A DNA stretch of 32,000 bases. Origin: Synechococcus elongatus PCC 6301. GTDB lineage: Bacteria > Cyanobacteriota > Cyanobacteriia > Synechococcales > Synechococcaceae. Numbering within the stretch: position 1 is the first letter of the stretch; every line of letters begins with the position of its first letter. Position numbers and translations under genes: made by a program. This document shows, in pieces, positions 17,671-25,964 of this stretch. The stretch is from assembly GCF_000010065.1 (NCBI RefSeq), contig NC_006576.1:2040001-2072000 (forward strand), written 5' to 3'. Under the pieces are notes generated by a model, which did no database searches, was not told where the DNA came from, and was given only the letters and a program-made list of their open reading frames with translations.

Positions 17671-18585
17671 TTGTTAAGGAGCAATGTTCTGAAGCAACGT
17701 GCCCTCTTGCTCGTTAATCGGCGATCGCGCCGAGGTCGTAAGCTGCTCAAACCAGCGATCGCGCAGCTGGAAGCGGCTGGGTTTGAGTTGGTTCAACCCT
17801 ACCTCGATCGTCACAGTGATTATTCGGAGCTAATTACAGCCCACCGCGATCGCGTCGATCTGGTCATTATTGGGGGCGGCGACGGCAGCCTCAACGCCGC
17901 AGCCCGAGGGCTTGTTGAAACGCAGCTTCCCTTAGGAGTTTTGCCCCTCGGTACCGCGAATGATCTGGCTCGCACCCTGGCCCTACCGACGGATCTCAGT
18001 CAAGCCTGCCAAGTCATTGCCCGAGGGCAAACCCAAGCCGTCGACCTCGGTTGGGTCAACGGTTACTACTTTTTTAACGTCGCTAGTTTGGGGCTGAGCG
18101 TCAAAATTACCCAGGGCTTGACCTCGGGCGTCAAGCGCCGTTGGGGTGTCCTGGCCTACGCTCTCGTCGCTCTGCGATCGCTCTGGCGTTTCCGCCCTTT
18201 TCGCGCCGAGATTCAGATTGGCGATCGCCGGCTCCAGACTAAAACTGTCCAGATTGCAGTTGGCAATGGTCGCTACTACGGCGGTGGGCTCTCCGTCGCC
18301 CACGATGCTGCGATCGATGATCAACGACTCGATCTCTATAGTCTCTCGATCAATCACTGGTGGCAGATTGTTCCCTTGCTACCATCGCTCTATCACGGGC
18401 GTTACCCTTCGCCGCTGACAGAGCAATGTGGCCCAGGCGAGACCATTGAAATCCGCACCCGTCGTCATCGCCACATCAACACAGATGGTGAAATCCACAC
18501 CACGACGCCTGCTCAATTTCGTGTCATTCCCCAAGCGCTGCGAATTTTTGTGCCAGTTACAGCGGCGTCGCCCCCAACACTGTGA
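17671..18585 (+). CDS. diacylglycerol-kinase-fold lipid kinase (YegS/BmrU family)
   Basis: ALLLVNRRSRRG near the N-terminus, the nucleotide-binding motif VIIGGGDGSLN, LGVLPLGTANDLAR, and the C-terminal NTDGE motif. There is no in-frame ATG: the start is TTG 17671 (AAGGAG at 17675..17680 lies inside this ORF, so a slightly later start is possible). Confidence 0.8.
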   Translation: MLRSNVLKQRALLLVNRRSRRGRKLLKPAIAQLEAAGFELVQPYLDRHSDYSELITAHRDRVDLVIIGGGDGSLNAAARGLVETQLPLGVLPLGTANDLARTLALPTDLSQACQVIARGQTQAVDLGWVNGYYFFNVASLGLSVKITQGLTSGVKRRWGVLAYALVALRSLWRFRPFRAEIQIGDRRLQTKTVQIAVGNGRYYGGGLSVAHDAAIDDQRLDLYSLSINHWWQIVPLLPSLYHGRYPSPLTEQCGPGETIEIRTRRHRHINTDGEIHTTTPAQFRVIPQALRIFVPVTAASPPTL

Positions 18586-18634
18586 TGCTTTTCCCCGATT
18601 CGCTACCCTGAATCCAGCAGTGAGGCGTTAATCC

Positions 18635-18976
18635 ATGGATTTACTGGTGACTTGGCTGGTGACCGCTTTTGCCCTGCTGATTGTGGCTTGGTTGCCTACT
18701 GGCGTCGAAATTGATGGTTTTGGCAAAGCCCTCGTTGCCGCTCTGGTCTTTGGCCTGCTGAATGCTTTGGTCAAGCCGGTACTTCAGGTTTTGGCGCTGC
18801 CGCTCAATATTTTGACCCTTGGTCTCTTCAGCTTTGTAGTCAATGCAGCTGTGTTTGCCTTGGCCGCAACTTTAGTCAGTGGCTTCAGCCTGCGCAATGG
18901 TTTTTGGTCAGCCTTGTTGGGTTCGATCGCCCTCAGCCTCGTTTCGCGGCTCTTGGGTCTGATTCTGCCGAGCTAG
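18635..18976 (+). CDS. phage-holin-4_2 / DUF360 family small membrane protein
   Basis: 113 aa with 3-4 TM helices. The pattern LVTAFALLIVAWLPTGVEIDGFGKALVAALVFGLLNALVKPVL ... LTLGLFSFVVNA is characteristic of the YvlD/DUF360 family. Confidence 0.7.
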   Translation: MDLLVTWLVTAFALLIVAWLPTGVEIDGFGKALVAALVFGLLNALVKPVLQVLALPLNILTLGLFSFVVNAAVFALAATLVSGFSLRNGFWSALLGSIALSLVSRLLGLILPS

Positions 18977-18996
18977 ATGGCAAACGGGGTCTTCTC

Positions 18997-19869
18997 CTAG
19001 CGAGCAAATAGGCCTTGGGGCCGGATCACCAGCACGCCAATCAAGATGACAAAGGCAACGGCAAGCTTGTATTCCGCTGGCAGCCAGTAAGTGCTGAGTT
19101 CTTGGGCAAATCCCAGAATCAGCCCTCCTGCGATCGCACCGTAAGGGCTACCAATCCCTCCGAGGATGGCGCTGGCAAACAGCGGCAGGATCAAATTCCA
19201 GCCCATAGTGGGACGGACAGCAGTGATCAATCCGTAGAGGCCCCCTGCGATCGCTGTCAGACCGCCCGCAATCACCCAAGTCCAGCGGATCACGGTTTCG
19301 ACTGGTACGCCACTGACCCGTGCCAGGTCGGGGTCATCAGCGATCGCTCGCATGCCCTTGCCGATGCTGGTGCGCTGCAAAACCCAGTGCAACAGAACCA
19401 AAGCGGCAGCTGCCCCAATCACCACGAGGAGGCTATTGAGCGTGATCCTGAGTCCCCAGAGGGTTAAGGCCGGTTGGACTGCCAGCCGGTAGGCCTGATT
19501 GCCCGCGCCCCAAATCAAAATCACCAGATTGCGCAGGAACAGCGACAGGCCAATAGTCAGGATGATCAGAGTGGTGGTGTTCACCCGTTGCCGCCGCAGC
19601 GGTTCCCACAAAACTGCTTCGCCCAGCAAGCAAAGTGCGATCGTCGCGATCGCCCCGAGAGGAATGGCCAGCCAGAGACTGAGCCCAAGGCTGTTGGCAA
19701 CCAACGTGAAGTAAGCGCCGAGGGTCAAAAACTCGCCTTGGGCAAAATTGGTCAGTCGCAGGATGCCGTAGATCAAGGTCAGACCCGTTGCGGCTAGGGC
19801 CAGGAGGCTGCCGGTCGCCAGTCCATTGATGGCCAATTGAGCCAGTTGTGAGAGGTCTGGGCTTGCCAT
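18997..19869 (-). CDS. branched-chain/neutral amino-acid ABC transporter permease (LivH/NatD-like)
   Basis: From the internal ATG 19869: MASPDLSQLAQLAINGLATGSLLALAATGLTLIYGILRLTNFAQGEF. This is the canonical LivH-family N-terminus, followed by ~8 TM helices and IAGGLYG / LGGIGSPYGAIAGG motifs. No partner ATPase or binding protein is adjacent. Confidence 0.85.
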   Translation of the reverse strand: MASPDLSQLAQLAINGLATGSLLALAATGLTLIYGILRLTNFAQGEFLTLGAYFTLVANSLGLSLWLAIPLGAIATIALCLLGEAVLWEPLRRQRVNTTTLIILTIGLSLFLRNLVILIWGAGNQAYRLAVQPALTLWGLRITLNSLLVVIGAAAALVLLHWVLQRTSIGKGMRAIADDPDLARVSGVPVETVIRWTWVIAGGLTAIAGGLYGLITAVRPTMGWNLILPLFASAILGGIGSPYGAIAGGLILGFAQELSTYWLPAEYKLAVAFVILIGVLVIRPQGLFAR

Positions 19870-19933
19870 CCCAAGCGCTCGATGCAACGTCCTCCAAGTT
19901 TTATCATCAAGGCGCAGACAGAGGCAGGCAGCA

Positions 19934-21079
19934 ATGGATTGGCTCGTCATCGGGGCAGGGTTGACGGGGGTGGCGATCGCCTACGAACTGCAGCGGCAGG
20001 GAGCCAAGGTGCAACTGGTTGATCCCCAGCAGCCCGCCAGCCAAGCCAGTCGCTTTAGTTACGGTGGAGCCCCTTTTTGGTCGGCAAGCCGTCCTGCAAT
20101 CGCGGATCTCTTTGCAGAGAGTCAGCAAATTTATGCAGACCTCAGTGCCGAAACGGGTTTGACCCTCGGCAGCGATCGCCAAATTCTCTTGACCTGTAGC
20201 CACGTCGATCACATTGCGATTGCGCAAGACCTCTTTGCAACCCTTGCTCAACCGCCGCAATTGCTGGATCGCACTGAAGCGATCGCCCAAGAGCCCTTGC
20301 TGGCTGAGGGCAACACAGTGGCTGCCTTCGTGAATTCCCATCCGCTCTACGATCCTGAAACCGTGGTGCAGGCCTACCGCCAAGCCTTTCTCGCGATCGG
20401 AGGACAGGTCTGCTGCGATCGCCTTAAAGCCATTCACCCCCAAGTTCAAGGCAGTCTCGGTACCTACGCTGCCGATCGTCTCGTCATGGCCACGGGTGCA
20501 AGCAGTTACCAGTGGGCGCGATCGCTGGGCTATCGCTGGCCACTCTACTTTAGTCATGCGGAAATTTTGGAAACGCCGCCACTGGATCTACGCCTGCAGG
20601 CAATCGTGATGCCTGCTCTACAACAGCGGTTTCAAATTGAGCAGCAGGCCGGCCAATATGCCTGGGATAGTGATCATCCGCCGGCAGAATTTGTCAGTAT
20701 TCTCGATGCCGGTGCTGTGCAATTGAGCGATCGCCGCTATCGGCTGGGACAAATCAGTCGTCTGGCTGCCAGTCCGGCTGATCAGCTTTCCCCTACGGCT
20801 AGCGAGCAGTCGATTCGTTCTGCCCTCGCCCCCGTTTTGCCGGCGGTCAGTGTCCTACCGGGCGATCGCCATCACTGCTGTGTCAGCTTCAGTACTGACG
20901 GCTTACCCATCGCAGGCAATACCCCAGAACATCCGCAAATCTATTGGTTTACCGGCGTCAGTGGACCCTTTGCGTGGGTTCCTGGACTCGCTCGCGCCTT
21001 AGCTCAGACTTGGCTGCAAGCGGCAGGAGACAACGGAATTTGGTCAGCACTCTCACCGCAGCGCTGGATGTCCCCCTGA
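19934..21079 (+). CDS. FAD-dependent oxidoreductase (DAO / glycine-oxidase-like family)
   Basis: The N-terminal Rossmann dinucleotide motif MDWLVIGAGLTGVAIAYEL is followed by an acidic residue after the second strand (KVQLVD). Length (381 aa) and C-terminal region are consistent with DAO-family flavoproteins. Substrate unknown. Confidence 0.75.
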   Translation: MDWLVIGAGLTGVAIAYELQRQGAKVQLVDPQQPASQASRFSYGGAPFWSASRPAIADLFAESQQIYADLSAETGLTLGSDRQILLTCSHVDHIAIAQDLFATLAQPPQLLDRTEAIAQEPLLAEGNTVAAFVNSHPLYDPETVVQAYRQAFLAIGGQVCCDRLKAIHPQVQGSLGTYAADRLVMATGASSYQWARSLGYRWPLYFSHAEILETPPLDLRLQAIVMPALQQRFQIEQQAGQYAWDSDHPPAEFVSILDAGAVQLSDRRYRLGQISRLAASPADQLSPTASEQSIRSALAPVLPAVSVLPGDRHHCCVSFSTDGLPIAGNTPEHPQIYWFTGVSGPFAWVPGLARALAQTWLQAAGDNGIWSALSPQRWMSP

Positions 21080-21182
21080 GTTATCGCGGTGCGAGTTCAG
21101 GCTGGGTTTACCAGCTCAAAAGGCGCCGATACCAAGAGTGTGCTGGCACACCTACTTGGGCCTATGGGGTTTCCTAGTGTAA

Positions 21183-22283
21183 ATGCATCACAACCTATCT
21201 CTACCCTCCATGTCTGAATCAATGTTCAGTCGTCGGGACTTTTTGTTGGGCGGGACAGCTCTCGCCGGAACGCTATTACTCGATAGTTTTGGTGACTGGC
21301 GCCGTCGGGCAGAAGCTGCTGAAGGTGAAGTCAATTTGTACTCGGGTCGGCACTACAACACCGACAATCAAATCTATCGGGAATTCACCCAAAAAACAGG
21401 GATTAAAGTCAATCTAATTGAAGGTGAAGCCGATGCACTTTTAGCCCGTCTCAAGAGTGAAGGCAGCCGCAGCCCGGCAGATGTTTTCATTACGGTTGAT
21501 GCGGGGCGCCTTTGGCAAGCGACTCAAGCCAACCTGCTCAGACCACTGACTCAAGCCCAAGCTCCGAAACTGTATCAAGCAGTTCCGGCGAATCTGCGGG
21601 ATCCCCAGGGACGTTGGTTTGCCTTGTCCAAGCGGGCGCGAGTCATTATGTACAACCGCGATCGCGTCAATGCTAGCCAGCTGTCTACCTACGAGGATTT
21701 GGCCAATCCAAAATGGCGCAATCAAATCCTCGTGCGCAGTTCCAGCAACGTCTATAACCTCTCCTTGACCGGTGAGATGATTGCTGCGGATGGTGCGGCC
21801 AAAACTGAGGCTTGGGCGCGGGGGCTTGTCCAAAACTTTGCGCGTCAGCCCCAAGGTGGAGATACCCCGCAAATTCTGGCTTGCGCCGCGGGTGTCGGCT
21901 CTCTGGCAATTGCCAACACCTACTATTTGGTGCGTCTCTTCAAGTCGAAAAAAGCAGAAGAGCGGGAAGCTGCAAGAAAGATTAAAGTCTTCTTCCCCAA
22001 CCAAAAAGGACGGGGCACCCACGTCAACATCAGCGGTGCTGGCATCGTCCGCACGGCCCCGAATCCACGGGCTGCTCAACTGTTACTGGAGTACCTGCTC
22101 AGTAGCCAAGCCCAGGCTGTGTTCGCTAGAGGCAATGGTGAATATCCAGTCTTGCGTGGGGTCTCGCTCGATCCGATTTTGGCAGGCTTTGGTCAATTCA
22201 AAGAATCCAAAATCAGTGCCTCAGTCTTCGGGGCCAATAATGCTCAAGCCCTGCAGTTGATGGATCGTGCTGGCTGGAAATAA
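21183..22283 (+). CDS. idiA: iron-deficiency-induced protein A, FutA-type Fe(III) periplasmic binding protein
   Basis: Tat-type signal ([15 protein letters not shown]), then FutA/IdiA family sequence ([63 protein letters not shown]). The gene order idiA, then convergent idiB preceded by idiC, then dpsA matches the published S. elongatus locus. Alternative starts are ATG 21210 and ATG 21222. Confidence 0.92.
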
Positions 22284-22304
22284 GACGTTATTGGATCACT
22301 TCAC

Positions 22305-22345
22305 CTCCTCTCTACAGCAACGCGCGCTGTAGAGAGGAGTTTTTT
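22305..22345 (+). terminator. rho-independent terminator of idiA
   Basis: Perfect 14-bp stem CTCCTCTCTACAGC (22305..22318) / GCTGTAGAGAGGAG (22326..22339), a 7-nt loop, then TTTTTT (22340..22345). It starts 22 nt after the idiA stop. Confidence 0.8.
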
Positions 22346-22440
22346 ATGGATATTGATATTGTTTTGAGTCGAAGAACTAGGACATTTTAATTGGCACTCA
22401 TCAGCCTAAAGTCGATGATCAATATCGGCTAACTTTACTC

Positions 22441-22460
22441 ACTCAGATTGACTCAGATTG
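22441..22460. repeat. perfect tandem duplication ACTCAGATTG x2
   Basis: ACTCAGATTG at 22441..22450 is repeated at 22451..22460. The junction with the following AGTC creates the hairpin GACTCA-GAT-TGAGTC (22450..22464). Confidence 0.9.
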
Positions 22461-22467
22461 AGTCCTT

Positions 22468-22503
22468 AAAAAGACGTCCAGAACCCCTGGGCGTCTTCGT
22501 TTG
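22468..22503. terminator. bidirectional hairpin terminator (idiB on the minus strand; possibly a short plus-strand transcript)
   Basis: Stem GACGTCCAG (22473..22481) / CTGGGCGTC (22487..22495). As plus-strand RNA all 9 pairs form (one G-U), followed by UUCGUUUG. As minus-strand RNA there is one C-A mismatch, followed by UUUUU (complement of 22468..22472). It lies 31 nt past the idiB stop. Confidence 0.55.
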
Positions 22504-22525
22504 TAACTGCTTGATGGGCGATCGC

Positions 22526-23155
22526 TTAGGCATCTATGGCATCAATCGGTAGGAGCTGATCGATGTTGGTGATCAGCAGTCGCTGACCACTAAGTCGGAT
22601 CAGTCGACCTTCCGTTTCAAACTGATTGATCAGCTTGGTAATGGTGACGCGCGTACTGCCGACAATATCGGCGAGGACCTGATGGGTGAGATGGAGGTCT
22701 AGCATCCAGCCATGTTCGGTGTTGAGCCCGAATCGAATCGTCAGCCAGTGCAGGAGGCGCAGCAGGCGGCTGGGGACTCGGCGCAGTCGAACAATACTGA
22801 GGAGTTCCTCAACTTGCTGGAGTTGCAGGACAAGAGTGCTATCCAGGTTGTCCAAAGGAGCCGTGATCACAGTAGCGGTCACCGGCGTCAGGCATTGCAA
22901 CTCGTAGGGCTGGAGACGCGACAGCGAGCCCCCCACCCAGTCGCCGGGGCCCCAAATACCGAGGGTGATCAGCTCGCCAGCTTCGTCCCAAGTCAGGCTG
23001 CGGACAAATCCAGTTTGAATACACCAAGTGGATTGCACTGGCAGGGGCTCATTGCGACCCCAAAGATGAATTTCAGCCGTTGTCGGCGATCGCAGAGGAA
23101 CCACTTTCCCTCCCACTAGAACAGTTGCTTTGGGGGTTACGTGACTGGCAATCAT
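22526..23155 (-). CDS. idiB: Crp/Fnr-family transcriptional activator IdiB
   Basis: 209 aa with an N-terminal cNMP-binding-like beta-barrel and a C-terminal HTH (LTHQVLADIVGSTRVTITKLINQFETEGRL). It lies convergent to idiA and downstream of idiC, as described for idiB in S. elongatus PCC 7942. Confidence 0.88.
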   Translation of the reverse strand: MIASHVTPKATVLVGGKVVPLRSPTTAEIHLWGRNEPLPVQSTWCIQTGFVRSLTWDEAGELITLGIWGPGDWVGGSLSRLQPYELQCLTPVTATVITAPLDNLDSTLVLQLQQVEELLSIVRLRRVPSRLLRLLHWLTIRFGLNTEHGWMLDLHLTHQVLADIVGSTRVTITKLINQFETEGRLIRLSGQRLLITNIDQLLPIDAIDA

Positions 23156-23251
23156 GATTCAAATCCTTTGCCAAACAGCAGATTGAAATGCAGATCAAAA
23201 AGGTTGGGGCTGGAGTGAGAGCAATGAGTCCAGCCAAAAAATCGGAGCCGT

Positions 23252-23812
23252 TTAGCCCACGGCAGTGCCTGAGACAACCGCTGGGGTTCGCCAGGGCGAA
23301 AGCAGCTCGGCGGCAGCCTGCGGTGAAAGCTGTGACAGAATCTGGTTGTCGGAGCTGCGCCGGACATTGATGCCTTGCTTACAGCGGCCGAGACAACCTC
23401 TCGTTCGCACCTCAACTGCACAGGTTTTTGCTTCAGCCTGCAGGCGATCGCACAATTCCAGCGCGCCGCGTCGGCGACAGGTTCCCCTCGTACAGACTTC
23501 TAAAACAGCTGGTTGGGGCTTGGGGGGTTCCTCAGAGGCAATGAAGGCTGGTAAGCCAGCAGGATCGAATAAAACCCGCTCTGCTTTGAGCTTGGGGGGC
23601 AGATCTAGACCTTGAAAGGACTGCTGACCTTCAATCCGCAGAGGTTGCCCCACTGTCAACTGTTGCCAGGGTAAGTGTCGCAGTGGCTTAGCCAACTTGA
23701 GGGTGTAGCGGTTGCCTCCGTCACTCTGAACGTGAATAAAGCGAATGTTGTCGGGGGTATCGGGATCTTGCAGCCCTAGAAAATACCCCTCTAGGTAGAA
23801 CGGCAGTTTCAT
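23252..23812 (-). CDS. idiC: thioredoxin-like [2Fe-2S] ferredoxin family protein IdiC (NuoE-like)
   Basis: From the internal ATG 23812 the product is 186 aa (about 20.5 kDa, the size reported for IdiC). The C-terminal half carries the Cx4C ... Cx3C cluster motif (CTRGTC ... CLGRC). It sits 96 nt upstream of idiB on the same strand. The 54 upstream codons of the track ORF are rejected. Confidence 0.8.
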   Translation of the reverse strand: MKLPFYLEGYFLGLQDPDTPDNIRFIHVQSDGGNRYTLKLAKPLRHLPWQQLTVGQPLRIEGQQSFQGLDLPPKLKAERVLFDPAGLPAFIASEEPPKPQPAVLEVCTRGTCRRRGALELCDRLQAEAKTCAVEVRTRGCLGRCKQGINVRRSSDNQILSQLSPQAAAELLSPWRTPAVVSGTAVG

Positions 23813-24303
23813 CGTTGTTGCTCGTGGTAGACCGGTAGCTGCCAGCAGCTCTCCAAAAAGCCAGACAAACTGGGGCGATCGCGTTGAATCCACTGGCAAA
23901 TGCTCCAAACCTGCAGCGCTTGGAGCGGCGTTTCGACATAGATCCGCAGTGGCTGGCAGGGGGTGCAGTAGCAATCCAGCGCTAGTTCACAACAGCGGTG
24001 GTAACAATCCCAGCGGCTGGTGCTGTCGAGGTCGAGCTGAATCCAGTGCGAAGAGTGCCGAGAGTCCACAGTCTTGTCCCAATCAAAATTTGTGAATCGA
24101 GAAATTGAAAATATTCAGCAATTAGCAGGTGATGGAGTCCTGTCGATTGGCGATGCGATTCAGGTCTGCCGCACGATTAAAAGTTGAGGGGGGAACCGAA
24201 ATCGGGAAAATAGTTGAGAATGGGTTCCACTCGGCTCAGGAAAGGCCTTCTCAGCCTTGTCTAGAATGGCAACAACAGTTGTTGAAATGCGAGCGAAGCT
24301 GCC

Positions 24304-24834
24304 ATGACGAATACAGGTTTGGTCCAATCCTTTAGCCAAATTGAGCCCAATGTCTTGGGCTTGGAAACATCGGTTACGAGTCAGATTTGTGAAGGTCTGA
24401 ACCGGGCCTTGGCCAGCTTTCAAGTTCTCTATTTGCAGTACCAAAAGCACCACTTCACGGTTCAAGGGGCTGAATTCTACTCGCTCCATGAGTTTTTTGA
24501 AGATAGCTATGGTTCGGTGAAGGATCATGTCCACGACTTGGGTGAGCGCTTGAATGGCTTGGGGGGTGTTCCGGTTGCCCACCCGCTCAAGTTGGCTGAG
24601 CTGACCTGTTTCGCGATTGAAGAAGACGGTGTCTTTAACTGTCGGACGATGCTCGAACACGATCTGGCGGCTGAGCAGGCCATCTTGTCCTTGCTGCGGC
24701 GCTTGACTGCCCAAGTTGAAAGTCTGGGCGATCGCGCAACTCGCTATCTGTTGGAAGGAATTTTGCTGAAGACCGAAGAACGGGCTTATCACATTGCTCA
24801 CTTCTTGGCTCCCGACAGCCTCAAGCTTGCCTAA
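24304..24834 (+). CDS. dpsA: Dps-family DNA-binding stress / ferritin-like protein DpsA
   Basis: 176 aa with Dps ferroxidase-centre context ([44 protein letters not shown]). Its position next to idiC/idiB matches the published dpsA locus. Confidence 0.92.
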
Positions 24835-24867
24835 CCTGCAAGTCACTGAATGATTCATCCCCAGAGG

Positions 24868-24898
24868 GGCAGCGAGCTTCAGCCAGCTGCCTTTTTTT
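24868..24898 (+). terminator. probable rho-independent terminator of dpsA
   Basis: GGCAGC (24868..24873) / GCTGCC (24886..24891) stem, 12-nt loop, then a run of seven T (24892..24898). It starts 34 nt after the dpsA stop. Confidence 0.55.
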
Positions 24899-25032
24899 GT
24901 GTGGGTCATTGTTCTCGACAGGACAGGACGGAACAAATTCCTTGACAATTGAGAATGAATCCTAACTTTTGACTTATGCAAGACTTTAGCACGTTTTTAT
25001 AGTGGTGCAACTTATTCTCAATAAGCGGCTTA

Positions 25033-25491
25033 CTAGTAGCGACAAGCAGCGCAAATGCCCATGATCAAGAGCTGGCAGTTCAGTAGTTGAAAGCCGTAGC
25101 GATCGGCGATGCCCTCGCTCAGGTGGATGACGCGATCGTCGAGAAACTCAATCACCGCTTGGCAATGCAGGCAGGTGAGGTGGTAGTGAGTACCCTCACG
25201 ATTCAACTCGTAGCAACGTTGCTTACGGTCTAAGGTGATGCAGCGCAGCCAAGCGGCATGGCAGAGGCTCTCGAGACTGCGATAGATGGTGGATTTGGAT
25301 AAGGGGGTTTGGCGATCGCTGAGGTGACGCTGCAGATCAATCGCGCTGAGATGCTCACCCTGAGCCAGTCCCTCAAAAATCTCTGCAATCCAGTAGCGCT
25401 GGGGGGTGAGGCGATACCCTGCCTGCTCCAAAGCACTGCGGAGCGCGGCCACTCGGACTGCCGATAGCGAGGAAACGGTCACTGTTGGCAC
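25033..25491 (-). CDS. Fur-family metalloregulator (subclass Fur/PerR/Zur not resolved)
   Basis: 152 aa with an N-terminal winged helix (GYRLTPQRYWIAEIF ... LSKSTIYRSLESL), a His-rich hinge (EGTHYHLTC) and two CxxC pairs (CLHC, CAAC) for the structural Zn site. The start is GTG (no ATG available). Confidence 0.82.
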   Translation of the reverse strand: MPTVTVSSLSAVRVAALRSALEQAGYRLTPQRYWIAEIFEGLAQGEHLSAIDLQRHLSDRQTPLSKSTIYRSLESLCHAAWLRCITLDRKQRCYELNREGTHYHLTCLHCQAVIEFLDDRVIHLSEGIADRYGFQLLNCQLLIMGICAACRY

Positions 25492-25546
25492 CAGTTGAAA
25501 GTTAATTGCAACTAAAGCAGCGCCAACCTAAGATAAACAGTGTTCG

Positions 25547-25870
25547 ATGTCAACAACAGCTGTTAGTTATTCTCAAGTTCAGCAGGTAAGCATGACGGTG
25601 TTACCCAAAATCTCTCACTTCGGGGGCAATGCTCCGGTGCTGAATTGTGAGGCGGGCATTCGCCTAGCAATCGCCCCGCTCTACTGCGACTTAGCGGTAC
25701 TGGAGTTGCCCCCAGCTGTGCAAGAGGCGCTGCAGTTGCAGTCCCGTCAGCAGATCAGAATTGAGGCGCGGTCGCCCCTCGGGTCTGTACTGGTGCGTAT
25801 TCTTCCCGATCGCCTGATTTCCCTAGGCCCAGATTGGGCAGCGGCGATCGCGGTCCAGAGCCCAGGCTAA
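25547..25870 (+). CDS. hypothetical protein
   Basis: 107-aa ORF divergent from the Fur-family gene (55-bp spacer). No family recognised. Coding status rests on length and its non-overlapping position only. Confidence 0.4.
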   Translation: MSTTAVSYSQVQQVSMTVLPKISHFGGNAPVLNCEAGIRLAIAPLYCDLAVLELPPAVQEALQLQSRQQIRIEARSPLGSVLVRILPDRLISLGPDWAAAIAVQSPG

Positions 25871-25964
25871 ATCGACTGTTGCGATCACCGGTCCGGCGAT
25901 CGCCCGTTGTCTTAGACAGCAGGATATTGACCCATTCCTGGATGGGAGAGTGATCGCTTTGGCC

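Noticed and set aside
19870-19950. 27-codon extension of the LivH-like permease ORF overlapping the start of the FAD oxidoreductase gene
   Set aside because: The LivH-family N-terminus begins at the internal MASPDLSQLAQLAINGL (ATG 19869). The extension would overlap the divergent gene and leave no promoter space.
23813-23974. 54-codon N-terminal extension of the idiC ORF
   Set aside because: The upstream codons are Pro/Ala/Leu-rich with no signal or domain character. Starting at ATG 23812 gives 186 aa, matching the reported size of IdiC (about 20.5 kDa).
24160-24981. 273-aa ORF on the minus strand covering the whole of dpsA
   Set aside because: It is exactly antisense to a gene with unmistakable Dps motifs. 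Its product is low-complexity (Gln/Ser/Arg-rich) with no recognisable motif, and it runs through the dpsA terminator. It is a typical shadow ORF.
24948-25022. 9-bp inverted repeat ATTGAGAAT / ATTCTCAAT and a TTGACA hexamer in the AT-rich dpsA / Fur-family convergent spacer, considered as a terminator, Fur box or antisense promoter
   Set aside because: The arms are 57 nt apart, too far for a terminator. The best -10 candidate after TTGACA (TAACTT, 15-nt spacing) is poor. Resemblance to a Fur box is weak.
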